A stretch of 64,000 bases of DNA from Bacteroidetes bacterium GWB2_32_14 (GTDB taxonomy: Bacteria > Bacteroidota > Bacteroidia > Bacteroidales > UBA12077). Below are positions 9,892 to 18,994 of this stretch, in pieces (position 1 is the stretch's first letter; the number at the start of each line of letters is the position of its first letter). The notes under the pieces were generated by a model, which was given only the letters and a program-made list of their open reading frames with translations, was not told the DNA's origin and did no database searches. The stretch covers positions 82,267-146,266 of the forward strand of contig MENK01000001.1 in assembly GCA_001768235.1 (NCBI GenBank). Direction: 5' to 3'. The translations under genes and the position numbers were made by a program.

Positions 9892-11169
9892 TTATTGCAG
9901 GTTAGAAAGGTTTAAACTTCTAATATCTTCACTTGAAGGACTCTGAAAAATGCTTAGCCCAAATTCAGGAATAACTGCAAGAATGTGATCAAAAATTTCT
10001 GCCTGAACCAGTTCGAATTTCACAAATGAAACCTCTTTGCAAAATACATAAATCTGAACAGGCAAGCCTTTTTCTGTTGGTTGCAAATGCCGTACAAGTA
10101 ATGTGTAAGGTGAATTAAGCGAATGTATTTTGGGATGATTATCAAGGTAGATTTCACAATATTTTCGAAAAACCTCAATGTTTGTAATATTCCTGCCGCT
10201 TAAACGATCGCTTTCATCAATTCCCAGAGCCTTGTTGTACTCATCAATTTTTGTTTGGTTTTCAATAATATAATCCTTTATAAGGTTTATTTTCTTGAAT
10301 TTTTCGAGCATTTCATGATTACAAAATGTAATACTTTTTAAATCGATATAAACGGAACGGGCTATTCGTCTTCCTTTTGAATCTTCCATTCCTTTCCAGT
10401 TCTGGAACGATTCCGACATTAATGCATATGTAGGAATGGTTACGATAGTTTTATCAAAATTCTGAACTTTAACTGTATTTAAAGTAATTTCGAGAACATC
10501 TCCGTCGGCATTTCTGCTGGGCATTGTAATCCAATCGCCAATCTTAACCATTTGATTAGCCGATAATTGTATTCCTGAAACCAGTCCTAAAATACTGTCT
10601 TTAAAAACCAATAACAATATAGCGGCTATAGCTCCTAAGCTTGCAAGTAACTTATAAGGCGATTTTCCCAGTATAATTGAAATAATAAAAATACTTCCGA
10701 TAAAGAAAACAAAAATACTTACTGTTTGAAGGTATCCTTTTATGGGCCTGTCTTTTGACGAAGGCATTGTTAAATATACCTCGTGAAGTGCATTTAAAAA
10801 GGCATTTACGATTAACATCCCAATAAAAATCATGTAAATATTTATGCCGGAAAGTATAATCTTTGACCAGTTTGGAAATTCTTCCAGCCCGTTTTTGGCA
10901 AATGCATAAATAATTACGGCTGGTACTAAGTGTGATAAGCGGTTTAGTAATTGCCTGTTTAGTAAAATATCGTCCCATTCCGATTTGCTTTTTTTTGCAA
11001 AGTTGTGAATGATGTTTACCAATACTTTTTTTGTTATAAAAAAGGCAATTAAGGATACTAAAAATATAAGAATTACTTCAATTCCGGTTTTTGCATAAAA
11101 TGCATATTCTTGCGTGAAACCAAAATGGATTAACCAGTCTTGTATTTTTGTACCAATATTTAAATTCAT
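9892..11169 (-). CDS. Mechanosensitive ion channel (MscS family) protein
   Basis: Multi-TM N-terminus and an MscS-like core ('VSGIQLSANQMVKIGDWI', 'DGDVLEITLNTVKVQNFDKTIVTIP'). Confidence 0.8.
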   Translation of the reverse strand: MNLNIGTKIQDWLIHFGFTQEYAFYAKTGIEVILIFLVSLIAFFITKKVLVNIIHNFAKKSKSEWDDILLNRQLLNRLSHLVPAVIIYAFAKNGLEEFPNWSKIILSGINIYMIFIGMLIVNAFLNALHEVYLTMPSSKDRPIKGYLQTVSIFVFFIGSIFIISIILGKSPYKLLASLGAIAAILLLVFKDSILGLVSGIQLSANQMVKIGDWITMPSRNADGDVLEITLNTVKVQNFDKTIVTIPTYALMSESFQNWKGMEDSKGRRIARSVYIDLKSITFCNHEMLEKFKKINLIKDYIIENQTKIDEYNKALGIDESDRLSGRNITNIEVFRKYCEIYLDNHPKIHSLNSPYTLLVRHLQPTEKGLPVQIYVFCKEVSFVKFELVQAEIFDHILAVIPEFGLSIFQSPSSEDIRSLNLSNLQ

Positions 11170-11251
11170 AAGGATTAAGTTTTTTTAATGTTTATTTGTA
11201 AATTTAGAGGGCAAAAATAATTCAAATAATTAGATTCCAAAACTTAGATTT

Positions 11252-12523
11252 ATGAAACCAGTATCATTATTCTTATTCCTTATTTTATCCTGTATTTCTT
11301 ATAGTCAGGGAACATATCAAGAGTATTTTACAGATCAATGTATGAGAGTTGATTTTATTTTTGGCGGCAATGCCGATACCGATATTGTATTTCTTGAACA
11401 AATTAAAAAAGAACCTTTCTGGGGAGGTTCAAAAGCATTGTTAATCGATTCTTTTAATTACGGAGAATATAAATTTGAAATTATTGATTCTGCAACCACA
11501 CAGGTAATTTTCTCACGAGGATTTTGTACTTTATTTGAAGAATGGCAAACAACAACCGAGGCACAATCCATTGACAGGAGCTATTATCAAACAATAACTT
11601 TCCCGTACCCTCTAAAACCGGTAATTCTTAAAGTGTATAGCAGAAAATGGGAAGGAGATTTTGAAGTAAAATTCGAAACGCGAATACATCCCGATAATTA
11701 TTTTATTAACCCCGAGATTAAAAGTATTCCTTATAAAAAACTTGTTGATAATGGTGATCCTGCAAAGAATGTTGACCTTGTTTTTTTAGCCGAGGGATAT
11801 ACCGAAAGTGAAATGGCAAAATTTGAATCGGATGCTCAACGAATGGTAAATTATTTATTTAGCCAGGAACCATTTAAATCAAATGCAAATAAATTTAATG
11901 TCTGGCTTGTAAATTCAGCATCGGAAGAATCGGGAACCGATATGCCGGGCTCTAAAATTTATAAAAAAACAGCATTAAACAGCAATTTTTATACTTTCGA
12001 CAGCGAACGGTACTTAACAACAACCGATGTGAAATCGGTTCGTGATTATGCCGGGGTTGTTCCATACGACGATATTTGTATCCTCGTGAATTCAAGTAAA
12101 TATGGTGGTGGTGGTGTTTATAATCACTATGCTATTTCTACAGTTAATCATGTTTTATCAGAGAAGGTTTTTATACATGAGTTTGGCCATTCATTTGCAG
12201 GATTAGGCGATGAGTATTACAATTCATCCACATCGTACAACGATTTTTACAACCTTGCTGTTGAGCCCTGGCAACCCAATCTGACTACAATGACTAATTT
12301 TGATATTAAGTGGAGTTCGATGATTAATAAAGAAATACCTGTTCCAACACCCCGTGGCAGCGAATACGAAAATGTGCTAGGGGCTTTCGAAGGCGGCGGA
12401 TATGTAAATAAAGGCATTTACAGCCCGATGATGGATTGTCGTATGAAAAGCAATGAAGCCAAAGGTTTTTGCCCTGTTTGCTCAAAGGCTATAATTGATA
12501 TGATTCAATTTAAAACGGAATAA
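11252..12523 (+). CDS. M64-family (IgA-peptidase-like) zinc metallopeptidase
   Basis: Signal peptide and zinc motif 'HEFGHSFAGLGDEY' in an M64-type layout. Confidence 0.8.
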   Translation: MKPVSLFLFLILSCISYSQGTYQEYFTDQCMRVDFIFGGNADTDIVFLEQIKKEPFWGGSKALLIDSFNYGEYKFEIIDSATTQVIFSRGFCTLFEEWQTTTEAQSIDRSYYQTITFPYPLKPVILKVYSRKWEGDFEVKFETRIHPDNYFINPEIKSIPYKKLVDNGDPAKNVDLVFLAEGYTESEMAKFESDAQRMVNYLFSQEPFKSNANKFNVWLVNSASEESGTDMPGSKIYKKTALNSNFYTFDSERYLTTTDVKSVRDYAGVVPYDDICILVNSSKYGGGGVYNHYAISTVNHVLSEKVFIHEFGHSFAGLGDEYYNSSTSYNDFYNLAVEPWQPNLTTMTNFDIKWSSMINKEIPVPTPRGSEYENVLGAFEGGGYVNKGIYSPMMDCRMKSNEAKGFCPVCSKAIIDMIQFKTE

Positions 12524-12536
12524 TCCTGATATAAAA

Positions 12537-12566
12537 AATGGAATAAAGACAGTTCTTTATTCCATT
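12537..12566. terminator. Bidirectional hairpin between convergent genes
   Basis: AATGGAATAAAG / CTTTATTCCATT perfect 12-bp stem with a 6-nt loop. Confidence 0.6.
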
Positions 12567-12586
12567 TCTCTTGTTTTTATTTCTTT

Positions 12587-12913
12587 CTATTCTTTTCTCG
12601 CGTGTTTTTTTGCAATAAAGTAATAGATAACCAGGGCCAAACCACCAAAAAGGAAAATCATTGAAACATAAGCTACTCCTTCTTCAAGGTTTGTTGATTT
12701 TGCTAAAATATCTCCAAATAAAAAACCTATGGCAATTCCAATACAGAAAATACCATATTTTAAACTGGGTGATACATTTGCTTCACTGTTGAAAATGTTA
12801 GCTGTTAAGCCCTTTTCAATTAAAGCGAGTCGTTCTTTTCTGCGTACATATAAATGGAATATTCCATAAACTACTGCAAAAAATGCAATTCCTACGATAA
12901 AATCAAAATCCAT
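12587..12913 (-). CDS. Small integral membrane protein of unknown function
   Basis: 108 aa with three predicted TM helices. No recognisable catalytic motif. Confidence 0.5.
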   Translation of the reverse strand: MDFDFIVGIAFFAVVYGIFHLYVRRKERLALIEKGLTANIFNSEANVSPSLKYGIFCIGIAIGFLFGDILAKSTNLEEGVAYVSMIFLFGGLALVIYYFIAKKHARKE

Positions 12914-13083
12914 AATTGTATTTATTTTAGTTAAACATTGTTTTAAGCTATGACGCTACCTTTTTAAAACAGGTTACATTTCTTATATAAATTTTGTAAA
13001 TTGGGTACGTATTTATTGGATTCAGCTTGCCTGCCTTTGGCAGGGATACAGGATTCAGGATATTTTAACTTTTATCTTATTTC

Positions 13084-13110
13084 TGTAACCTCTTATAAAG
13101 TAATTGCGTC
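13084..13110 (+). promoter_or_regulatory. Candidate ECF-type promoter (TGTAACC-N16-CGTC) upstream of the sigma gene
   Basis: The AAC-containing -35-like element and the CGTC -10-like element have ECF-typical spacing. The element ends ~10 nt before ATG 13121. Confidence 0.35.
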
Positions 13111-13120
13111 ATACAAACAA

Positions 13121-13702
13121 ATGAACAGAGTAAAAGACGATAAACAATATATCGACAGAATTGTTGGTGGTGATGTAAATGCATTCAGCTACATTGTTGA
13201 CAAGTACAAAGGTATGGTTTATACCCTGGCATTAAAGTTTTTGAAAAACCCTGAAGATGCCGAAGAACTTGCCCAGGATGTATTTATTAAAGCGTTTAAT
13301 GGATTGAGTGAATTTAAATTTGATTCTAAATTTTCAACATGGTTATATCGCATTACATACAATACGGCAATTTCGAAACTTAGAAAAAAACAAGTTGAAA
13401 CCTGTGATATAGATGATGTACATGTTCCTGAAAACCAGGTGTTAAGTGCTTATAATGCGATTAATGAATTAACAAAACAAGAACAAATAAAATATATTGA
13501 AATCGTTTTAAAAAATTTAAATGAAGAAGAAAGTGTAATTTTAACCCTGTTTTACTTAAATGAAAATTCGATACAGGAGATTTGTGAAATTACCGGTTTT
13601 TCAGAATCTAATGTAAAAGTTAAATTACACAGGGCCAGGAAAAGTTTTTACAATGAGTTAAAAAATATTTTAAAGGAAGAAGTAATATCCATCATACAAT
13701 GA
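13121..13702 (+). CDS. ECF-type RNA polymerase sigma factor
   Basis: Region 2 ('EDAEELAQDVFIKAF', 'FSTWLYRITYNTAI') and region 4 ('SIQEICEITGFSESNVKVKLHRARK'). The ORF-track start at 13001 adds an unlikely 40 aa, so ATG 13121 is preferred. Confidence 0.85.
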   Translation: MNRVKDDKQYIDRIVGGDVNAFSYIVDKYKGMVYTLALKFLKNPEDAEELAQDVFIKAFNGLSEFKFDSKFSTWLYRITYNTAISKLRKKQVETCDIDDVHVPENQVLSAYNAINELTKQEQIKYIEIVLKNLNEEESVILTLFYLNENSIQEICEITGFSESNVKVKLHRARKSFYNELKNILKEEVISIIQ

Positions 13703-14115
13703 AAAATAAAAAAATTGACATCGAGAAAATAACCCGCGAACTCATTCAGAAAGGCGAAGTTCAGCAACCGGGGGCAGATTTTACTAAGAATCTGATGGGT
13801 AGGATTTTAAAGAACCCGAATGTTACTGTTCAATTTATTAAACAGGAGAAAGATAAAAATTTTATCTGGGTATTATTTTCTCTTGCACTTGTTTTTATCG
13901 GATATATCGCCTTCTTTGTTTATAAAAACGGTTTGAATTCAATTGCCCAGGCAGAAAAAATCCATGCAATTTCTTATCTCAAATCTGTTTTCGATTTTTT
14001 TACAAAATTATGGTCTGAATTTAGCTTTTCCCCATACATACTCATTGCTTTTCTTGGAATTATTATTTTAATTTTATTCGATAAGTTTATTGTAAAATAC
14101 TTGTATTCAATATAG
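13699..14115 (+). CDS. Putative membrane anti-sigma factor, translationally coupled to the sigma gene
   Basis: ATGA overlap with the sigma gene stop. 138 aa with two TM helices. The call rests on position only. Confidence 0.45.
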   Translation: MKNKKIDIEKITRELIQKGEVQQPGADFTKNLMGRILKNPNVTVQFIKQEKDKNFIWVLFSLALVFIGYIAFFVYKNGLNSIAQAEKIHAISYLKSVFDFFTKLWSEFSFSPYILIAFLGIIILILFDKFIVKYLYSI

Positions 14116-14236
14116 AACAAGCTGGTAAAACAAAATTCTAAATAGGCCGTAATAAGTTATTGCCTATTTTTTTGCTTTTTAAGTTTTAGAATGTTGATTT
14201 TTACATAAATTTATCTTTTTTAATCAATAGTAAAAA

Positions 14237-14809
14237 TTGGAATCATTAAATAACGAGTTAATAATTGAAGGTATTCGTTCACAGAATCCTTATATACTCA
14301 ATCAAATATATACAAATTATTTCCCCGAAATCCGAAAATTTATTATTGATAATAATGGGACAATTCAGGATGCAAAAGATATTTTCCAGGAAGCAATAAT
14401 TATTATCTACAGGAAATTAAAGGTTGAGAACATTGTTATTACAAAATCGTTTAACTTATATCTGATAGGTGTTTGCAGGTATTTATGGTATCGCCAGGTT
14501 GCTTTTGTTAAAAACGAATCGGAACAACTGAATCATTTTGCGGAATATGAACGGTTGCCTGAATTTGAAATTGACGAAGTTGAAAAGAATGATAAGTACA
14601 AACTGTACCAGTTTCATTTTAAACAGTTGGGTATTGACTGCCAGAAAATTTTAGAAATGTTTTTAAATAATGTGCCAATAAAGGAGATAGCCAGGAAAAT
14701 GGGCAATACTTCTGAAAATTATATAAAAAGTCGAAAATACAAGTGTAAAGAACAATTGGTGAATAATATTAAAAACGATCCACGGTTTGCAAAGTATGAA
14801 AAGAAATAA
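14237..14809 (+). CDS. Second, divergent sigma-70/ECF-like sigma factor
   Basis: Region-2-like 'DAKDIFQEAIIIIYRKL', 'YLIGVCRYLWYRQ' and a region-4-like HTH 'PIKEIARKMGNTSENYIKSRKYKCKEQL'. TTG start. Confidence 0.7.
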   Translation: MESLNNELIIEGIRSQNPYILNQIYTNYFPEIRKFIIDNNGTIQDAKDIFQEAIIIIYRKLKVENIVITKSFNLYLIGVCRYLWYRQVAFVKNESEQLNHFAEYERLPEFEIDEVEKNDKYKLYQFHFKQLGIDCQKILEMFLNNVPIKEIARKMGNTSENYIKSRKYKCKEQLVNNIKNDPRFAKYEKK

Positions 14810-15533
14810 TTTCGATTTGACAGAAAGATATTTAATGGGCGATTTATCTGCGGAGGAAAGTACTGCTTTCGAGAAACTGATGGAAACAGATACTGAATTA
14901 AAAGCTGAATTAAATCTCGGGAAAGAGATTAATGAAGCAATTCTGGAATCGGATATTATGAATTTGCGCCATACCATGAGTGAAATCATGAATAAAAAAC
15001 AGAAGCCTGTATTCATTAAAAATCCATTTTTATGGCCGGCTACAGCTGCTGTTTTTATTCTGGCCATGATTATTAATACCTTATTTATAAGTTCACCCGC
15101 GGATAAGAATGATATTTTTAAAAAATATTACAAAGCATACCCGTCAGTATATAGCTCGAGAAGTTCTCAAAAACAATTGCGGGATCAACAATGCCTGAGA
15201 ATTGCTTTTGAACAATATGAAAAACCCGATTTTGAAAGTGCCGGTTTGTTGTTTAAAGAAATGTGGATCAAGGATTCAACAAATAATATGGCTAAATTTT
15301 ATTTATCTATAGCATTAATCGAGCAGAACAAAATGAATGAAGCCGAAAAGTATTTAAATGAACTAACTTTAAATAAACAACACTTATTTTATGAGCAATC
15401 GGTATGGTACCTGGCTTTGGTTTATTTAAATAATAATAAACCCGACGAAGCAGAAAGACTGTTAAATAAAATAATCTCGGAAAATTTATCGAATAAAACC
15501 CGGGCTAAGCAAATTCTGAAATCATTGAACTGA
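14796..15533 (+). CDS. Anti-sigma-like single-pass membrane protein with a C-terminal TPR domain (paralog A)
   Basis: Overlaps the sigma gene stop. N-terminal 'ERYLMGDLSAEESTAFEKLM' anti-sigma-type helix, TM 'FLWPATAAVFILAMIINTLFI', then TPR-like repeats ('WYLALVYLNNNKPDEA'). Confidence 0.65.
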   Translation: MKRNNFDLTERYLMGDLSAEESTAFEKLMETDTELKAELNLGKEINEAILESDIMNLRHTMSEIMNKKQKPVFIKNPFLWPATAAVFILAMIINTLFISSPADKNDIFKKYYKAYPSVYSSRSSQKQLRDQQCLRIAFEQYEKPDFESAGLLFKEMWIKDSTNNMAKFYLSIALIEQNKMNEAEKYLNELTLNKQHLFYEQSVWYLALVYLNNNKPDEAERLLNKIISENLSNKTRAKQILKSLN

Positions 15534-15537
15534 TTAT

Positions 15538-18357
15538 TTATTCTACAGGTTCAGGATAGTCATCCTTTTTTATTCTTGCCGAACGGTTTAACTTTTTTAC
15601 AATCAGAGTTACCAAAATTGCACCAAAAAGTACCCCGAACACGATGTAAATATACATGGCTGTATAGAGTGCATCGTTGTTCCCAATAACAACGTATCCC
15701 GACCAGAAATAGGGGTGAGCGTGTAATTGATCGGCATTCTGAAGAAACTCAATTTTTGCTTGTTGCAACGATTTTGATTTTGAAAATCCTTTTTTCAAAT
15801 CCTTGTAAAAAACAGTCATCAGTTTTACTCCCGAATTATCTTCGACCGACCATAAAGTCATTATTAACGATGGGCAACCTGCATATATGAATCCACGTGC
15901 TAAGCTCATAACTCCCTCGCCCTTTTGAAGGATTCCGGAACCGCTGTTGCACGAACTCAATACAGCCATCCTGCTTTTTAATTGCAAATTATATACTTCG
16001 TAGGTGTTTAAAAATCCGTCTTCGGTAGTATCGCTTGTTTGCGAAAAAGCCATTTTCGAATACATTGGGCTTTCATCGTTAAGTATGGTGTGCATTGCAA
16101 GGTGAAGAACATCAAATTCAGAGGCCTGTTGTTTAAATGTTTTTTCACTTGCATTTTCGTCTAAGAACAAGTTGCCCCCGATTAGTTTTGAAACGGTTTT
16201 TGCCTCTTCTTTTATTCCTTTTAACGGGTACAGTTTCTCCCTGTACTGTTGTCGTGTTAATATGACTCCCGGTTTCTGATTTTCCTGGTTATCGTATTTG
16301 GGTGCAAATGCAATAAGTTTTTTGGGAGCAATCTTCAGGTTATGTTCATTATCGAAAAGAATGCTTGCCGAATAGGTATAACTAATCGGGTTTTCAAACA
16401 AAAGATAATGCAATTTATTATAACTGATAGTGTTATAATTGCCCTCGTGGCAAAGTAAGGTTTCAAACGGGAGATAAGCCAGCTTTCCATCAGGGATAAT
16501 TATCAGGTGTTTTCCATTAATATAACCTGATACGGGAAGTATTAACTGTTTGTACAAATAGGATGATGATTTAATAAACCGGTTAAAATCTTCAAGATTA
16601 TGCTCCGAAAAGTTATTATCGGTTAAGCTGTTTATTTGCATTTCGAGATTTTCATCAAATCCGGGTTCTTTCTTTACACAAGTAAGCGAATAATCTGTTT
16701 TAGTTATTAAAAATATATAGACATTATCAGTACTTAAACAATATTCTATCACAGCATCTTTTTTCTTGATTCTTTCCTGTATATCTTTTATTTCAAACGA
16801 ATTATTCGAGAACTTTAACCTGAAATAATCAGGGTATTCCTTTTCAATCCTGGCAATAAGTTCGGCATGTTTTTCTTTTAATGTGAATATTTCTTTATTC
16901 CATGCAACAATAAACGTTTCATCAGGTTCTGCTTTTTTCCCCTCTTCATAAATCAGCTCTTCGAAAGTCCAGATACTTTTTTTCAATGAATTTTCGGTGT
17001 TCCGTATTTCCAGGGGTACATTTCCGGTTATCAATGCAGCATTGTTTTGTATTGCTTCGGAAAGTACGGCCGACTTTCCCGATTCAGAAAAACGAAATGC
17101 TTTTTCAAGATATTCTTTATTTCTTGTTGCTTCATATATCTTATAACTTGTTTCGAGTGTATGAATATATGTTTCGTGTTCGTTCTCGGCTAAGAAAAGC
17201 TTGCTCTGCTCACTCAAAAATCCGGAGCGGATTTCCCTGATAACATCTAATGCAAGTTCGCTGGCAGCTAGGCTGGCAGCCAGTGAATTGATGTTTGTTT
17301 TATCCTGTTCCCAGGTAAACTCTAAAGCAATGGATTTGTTTTTTAAGCTTCTTAATAACTGTGTTTTCGAAGAAACGGTACCGAGTTCAGGATTTGAACT
17401 ATAACCGGAGTCATTAAACTCCCTGGAGAGTGAGATTAATGATTTTTGAAAATAACTCAACGACTTTTGATATTCCCCGGTTTTTAAATAATACTCCCCG
17501 ATTTTAGAATATGCTCTTGCTGTTTCGGGATTCTTAATCCCTAAAATTTGTTTGTAAATCGATAATGCTTTTTCAAGGTTTTTTAACGATTCAGAGAGTT
17601 CGTTTTTGGAGTTTTGTAAAAACAGCCCATAGTTTAATTGATGTTGCGCATACCAGATGTTGTTTGTACCAAAATTTTTATGGATATTTTCGAGTGCTTT
17701 TAAATAATAAAATTCAGCTTTATCAGTGTTTCCTTCTTTTTCATACGAAAGGGCAAGGTTCTCGTATGTAGAATAAATAGTTTTATCTTCCTGTTTTAAT
17801 TTCAGACTATTTAAAAAACAAAGAATTGCCTTTTTGTTCTGATTAGTGTTTTTATATAAAATACCAAGATTATTATAAATTGATGCAATCAGCAACTTGT
17901 TTTTCATAGAGTCTGTATTTAGAATATTCAGTGATTCAGTATGATACAATTCTGCTTTTTCATAATCCTGTTGTCTTTCAAAAATTGTTGCCTTGTTTGC
18001 ATATACATATACAAGGCCTGGTGAATTGTGGCTTGATTTGTAAACTTGTTCGGCCTTGTTGTAACTCTGGATTGCTTCATCAAACCTGCCGTTCAATTTT
18101 TTTAGTATTCCAAAACTGATATAGGCCGATGCTAAATATTTTGTGTTGTTATTTTTTTCGAATATTTCAATAGATTTCCCGATATAGTAATAGGCACTAT
18201 CCAGGTTGCCCAGCTTACCGTATTCAATTCCTTTGGTTAAACTGAGAATCCCGTTTTCTAAAGTGTCAATACCAGACTGATTCTTGTAATTTGCTGAATT
18301 GCAGGCATTAATCAGGGTATGAGTTAGTATATAGATTATTAAAACGGATTTTTTCAT
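15538..18357 (-). CDS. Exported TPR-repeat CHAT-domain (caspase-like protease) protein with a C-terminal TM anchor
   Basis: Lipoprotein-like signal ('LINAC'), about 10 TPR-like repeats, and a CHAT catalytic-type region ('VLHLAMHT', 'MAVLSSCNSGSG', 'GFIYAGCPSLIMTLW'). Terminal hydrophobic helix followed by a basic tail. Confidence 0.85.
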   Translation of the reverse strand: MKKSVLIIYILTHTLINACNSANYKNQSGIDTLENGILSLTKGIEYGKLGNLDSAYYYIGKSIEIFEKNNNTKYLASAYISFGILKKLNGRFDEAIQSYNKAEQVYKSSHNSPGLVYVYANKATIFERQQDYEKAELYHTESLNILNTDSMKNKLLIASIYNNLGILYKNTNQNKKAILCFLNSLKLKQEDKTIYSTYENLALSYEKEGNTDKAEFYYLKALENIHKNFGTNNIWYAQHQLNYGLFLQNSKNELSESLKNLEKALSIYKQILGIKNPETARAYSKIGEYYLKTGEYQKSLSYFQKSLISLSREFNDSGYSSNPELGTVSSKTQLLRSLKNKSIALEFTWEQDKTNINSLAASLAASELALDVIREIRSGFLSEQSKLFLAENEHETYIHTLETSYKIYEATRNKEYLEKAFRFSESGKSAVLSEAIQNNAALITGNVPLEIRNTENSLKKSIWTFEELIYEEGKKAEPDETFIVAWNKEIFTLKEKHAELIARIEKEYPDYFRLKFSNNSFEIKDIQERIKKKDAVIEYCLSTDNVYIFLITKTDYSLTCVKKEPGFDENLEMQINSLTDNNFSEHNLEDFNRFIKSSSYLYKQLILPVSGYINGKHLIIIPDGKLAYLPFETLLCHEGNYNTISYNKLHYLLFENPISYTYSASILFDNEHNLKIAPKKLIAFAPKYDNQENQKPGVILTRQQYREKLYPLKGIKEEAKTVSKLIGGNLFLDENASEKTFKQQASEFDVLHLAMHTILNDESPMYSKMAFSQTSDTTEDGFLNTYEVYNLQLKSRMAVLSSCNSGSGILQKGEGVMSLARGFIYAGCPSLIMTLWSVEDNSGVKLMTVFYKDLKKGFSKSKSLQQAKIEFLQNADQLHAHPYFWSGYVVIGNNDALYTAMYIYIVFGVLFGAILVTLIVKKLNRSARIKKDDYPEPVE

Positions 18358-18577
18358 TTAATTCGTCACAAATTTTTTACAATATACTCTAAAATTGATT
18401 AAAAGTTAGTTTTTTTTGCATTTGTAAAACTCAGTAAATCAAAAGTATAAAAATTATTTTAAAAAAAGTTTAAAAATAATTTCAAAAACCGGGTTACCTT
18501 TTTTAAAAAAACTGCACATATAAGTGGAGAGAGAAACATAATTTTTATAAATAATAAAATCTAAAAAAACCAAAACC

Positions 18578-18736
18578 ATGAAAAGTTTAATTCACTTATT
18601 CGGGCAGGATGAACCCAAAAAATCATTCAAACAATTTGCACAACTCGGTACTAACGATATGCTGCTTGTAAAAGGCGGCGATGGTGATCCAATTGATGAT
18701 GATCTTTGGCCCCCGGTTCCACCGATTCAGAAATAA
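18578..18736 (+). CDS. Double-glycine-leader peptide 1, Cys-free acidic/Pro-rich core (52 aa); absent from the ORF track
   Basis: MKSLIHLFGQDEPKKSFKQFAQLGTNDMLLVKGG|DGDPIDDDLWPPVPPIQK. Hydrophobic residues sit at -4, -7, -12 and -15 relative to GG, as in C39-processed leaders. Confidence 0.7.
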   Translation: MKSLIHLFGQDEPKKSFKQFAQLGTNDMLLVKGGDGDPIDDDLWPPVPPIQK

Positions 18737-18767
18737 AGTTATTGATTTTATTAAAAGAACCAAAGCC

Positions 18768-18932
18768 ATGAAAAGTTTAATTCACTTATTCGGGCAGGAT
18801 GAACCCCAAAAATCATTTAAACAATTTGCACAACTTAGTACTAACGATATGTTGCTTGTAAAAGGCGGCGATGGAGAGCCACAAGACGATCTTTGGCCTC
18901 CAATTCCTCCCTTACCACCAACAACAAAATAA
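18768..18932 (+). CDS. Double-glycine-leader peptide 2, tandem paralog (54 aa)
   Basis: MKSLIHLFGQDEPQKSFKQFAQLSTNDMLLVKGG|DGEPQDDLWPPIPPLPPTTK. The leader DNA is almost identical to peptide 1. The ORF-track start at 18681 is read-through of the spacer. Confidence 0.7.
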   Translation: MKSLIHLFGQDEPQKSFKQFAQLSTNDMLLVKGGDGEPQDDLWPPIPPLPPTTK

Positions 18933-18994
18933 TATTTAAAACCTGAAAACCCAAAAGTTATTTTAAATATAAACCGTTCTAAAATTTAAAGTAT

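Noticed and set aside
13001-13120. The 40-aa N-terminal extension of the sigma ORF given by the ORF track (TTG start).
   Set aside because: The extension has no sigma-like sequence. It contains a hairpin (CCTGCC tttg GCAGG) and the candidate ECF promoter, so ATG 13121 gives a normal-length ECF sigma.
18681-18767. The longer 83-aa version of the second Pro-rich peptide ORF.
   Set aside because: The upstream part is in-frame read-through of peptide 1's 3' end and the spacer. The internal ATG at 18768 reproduces the same MKSLIHLFGQDEP leader as peptide 1.
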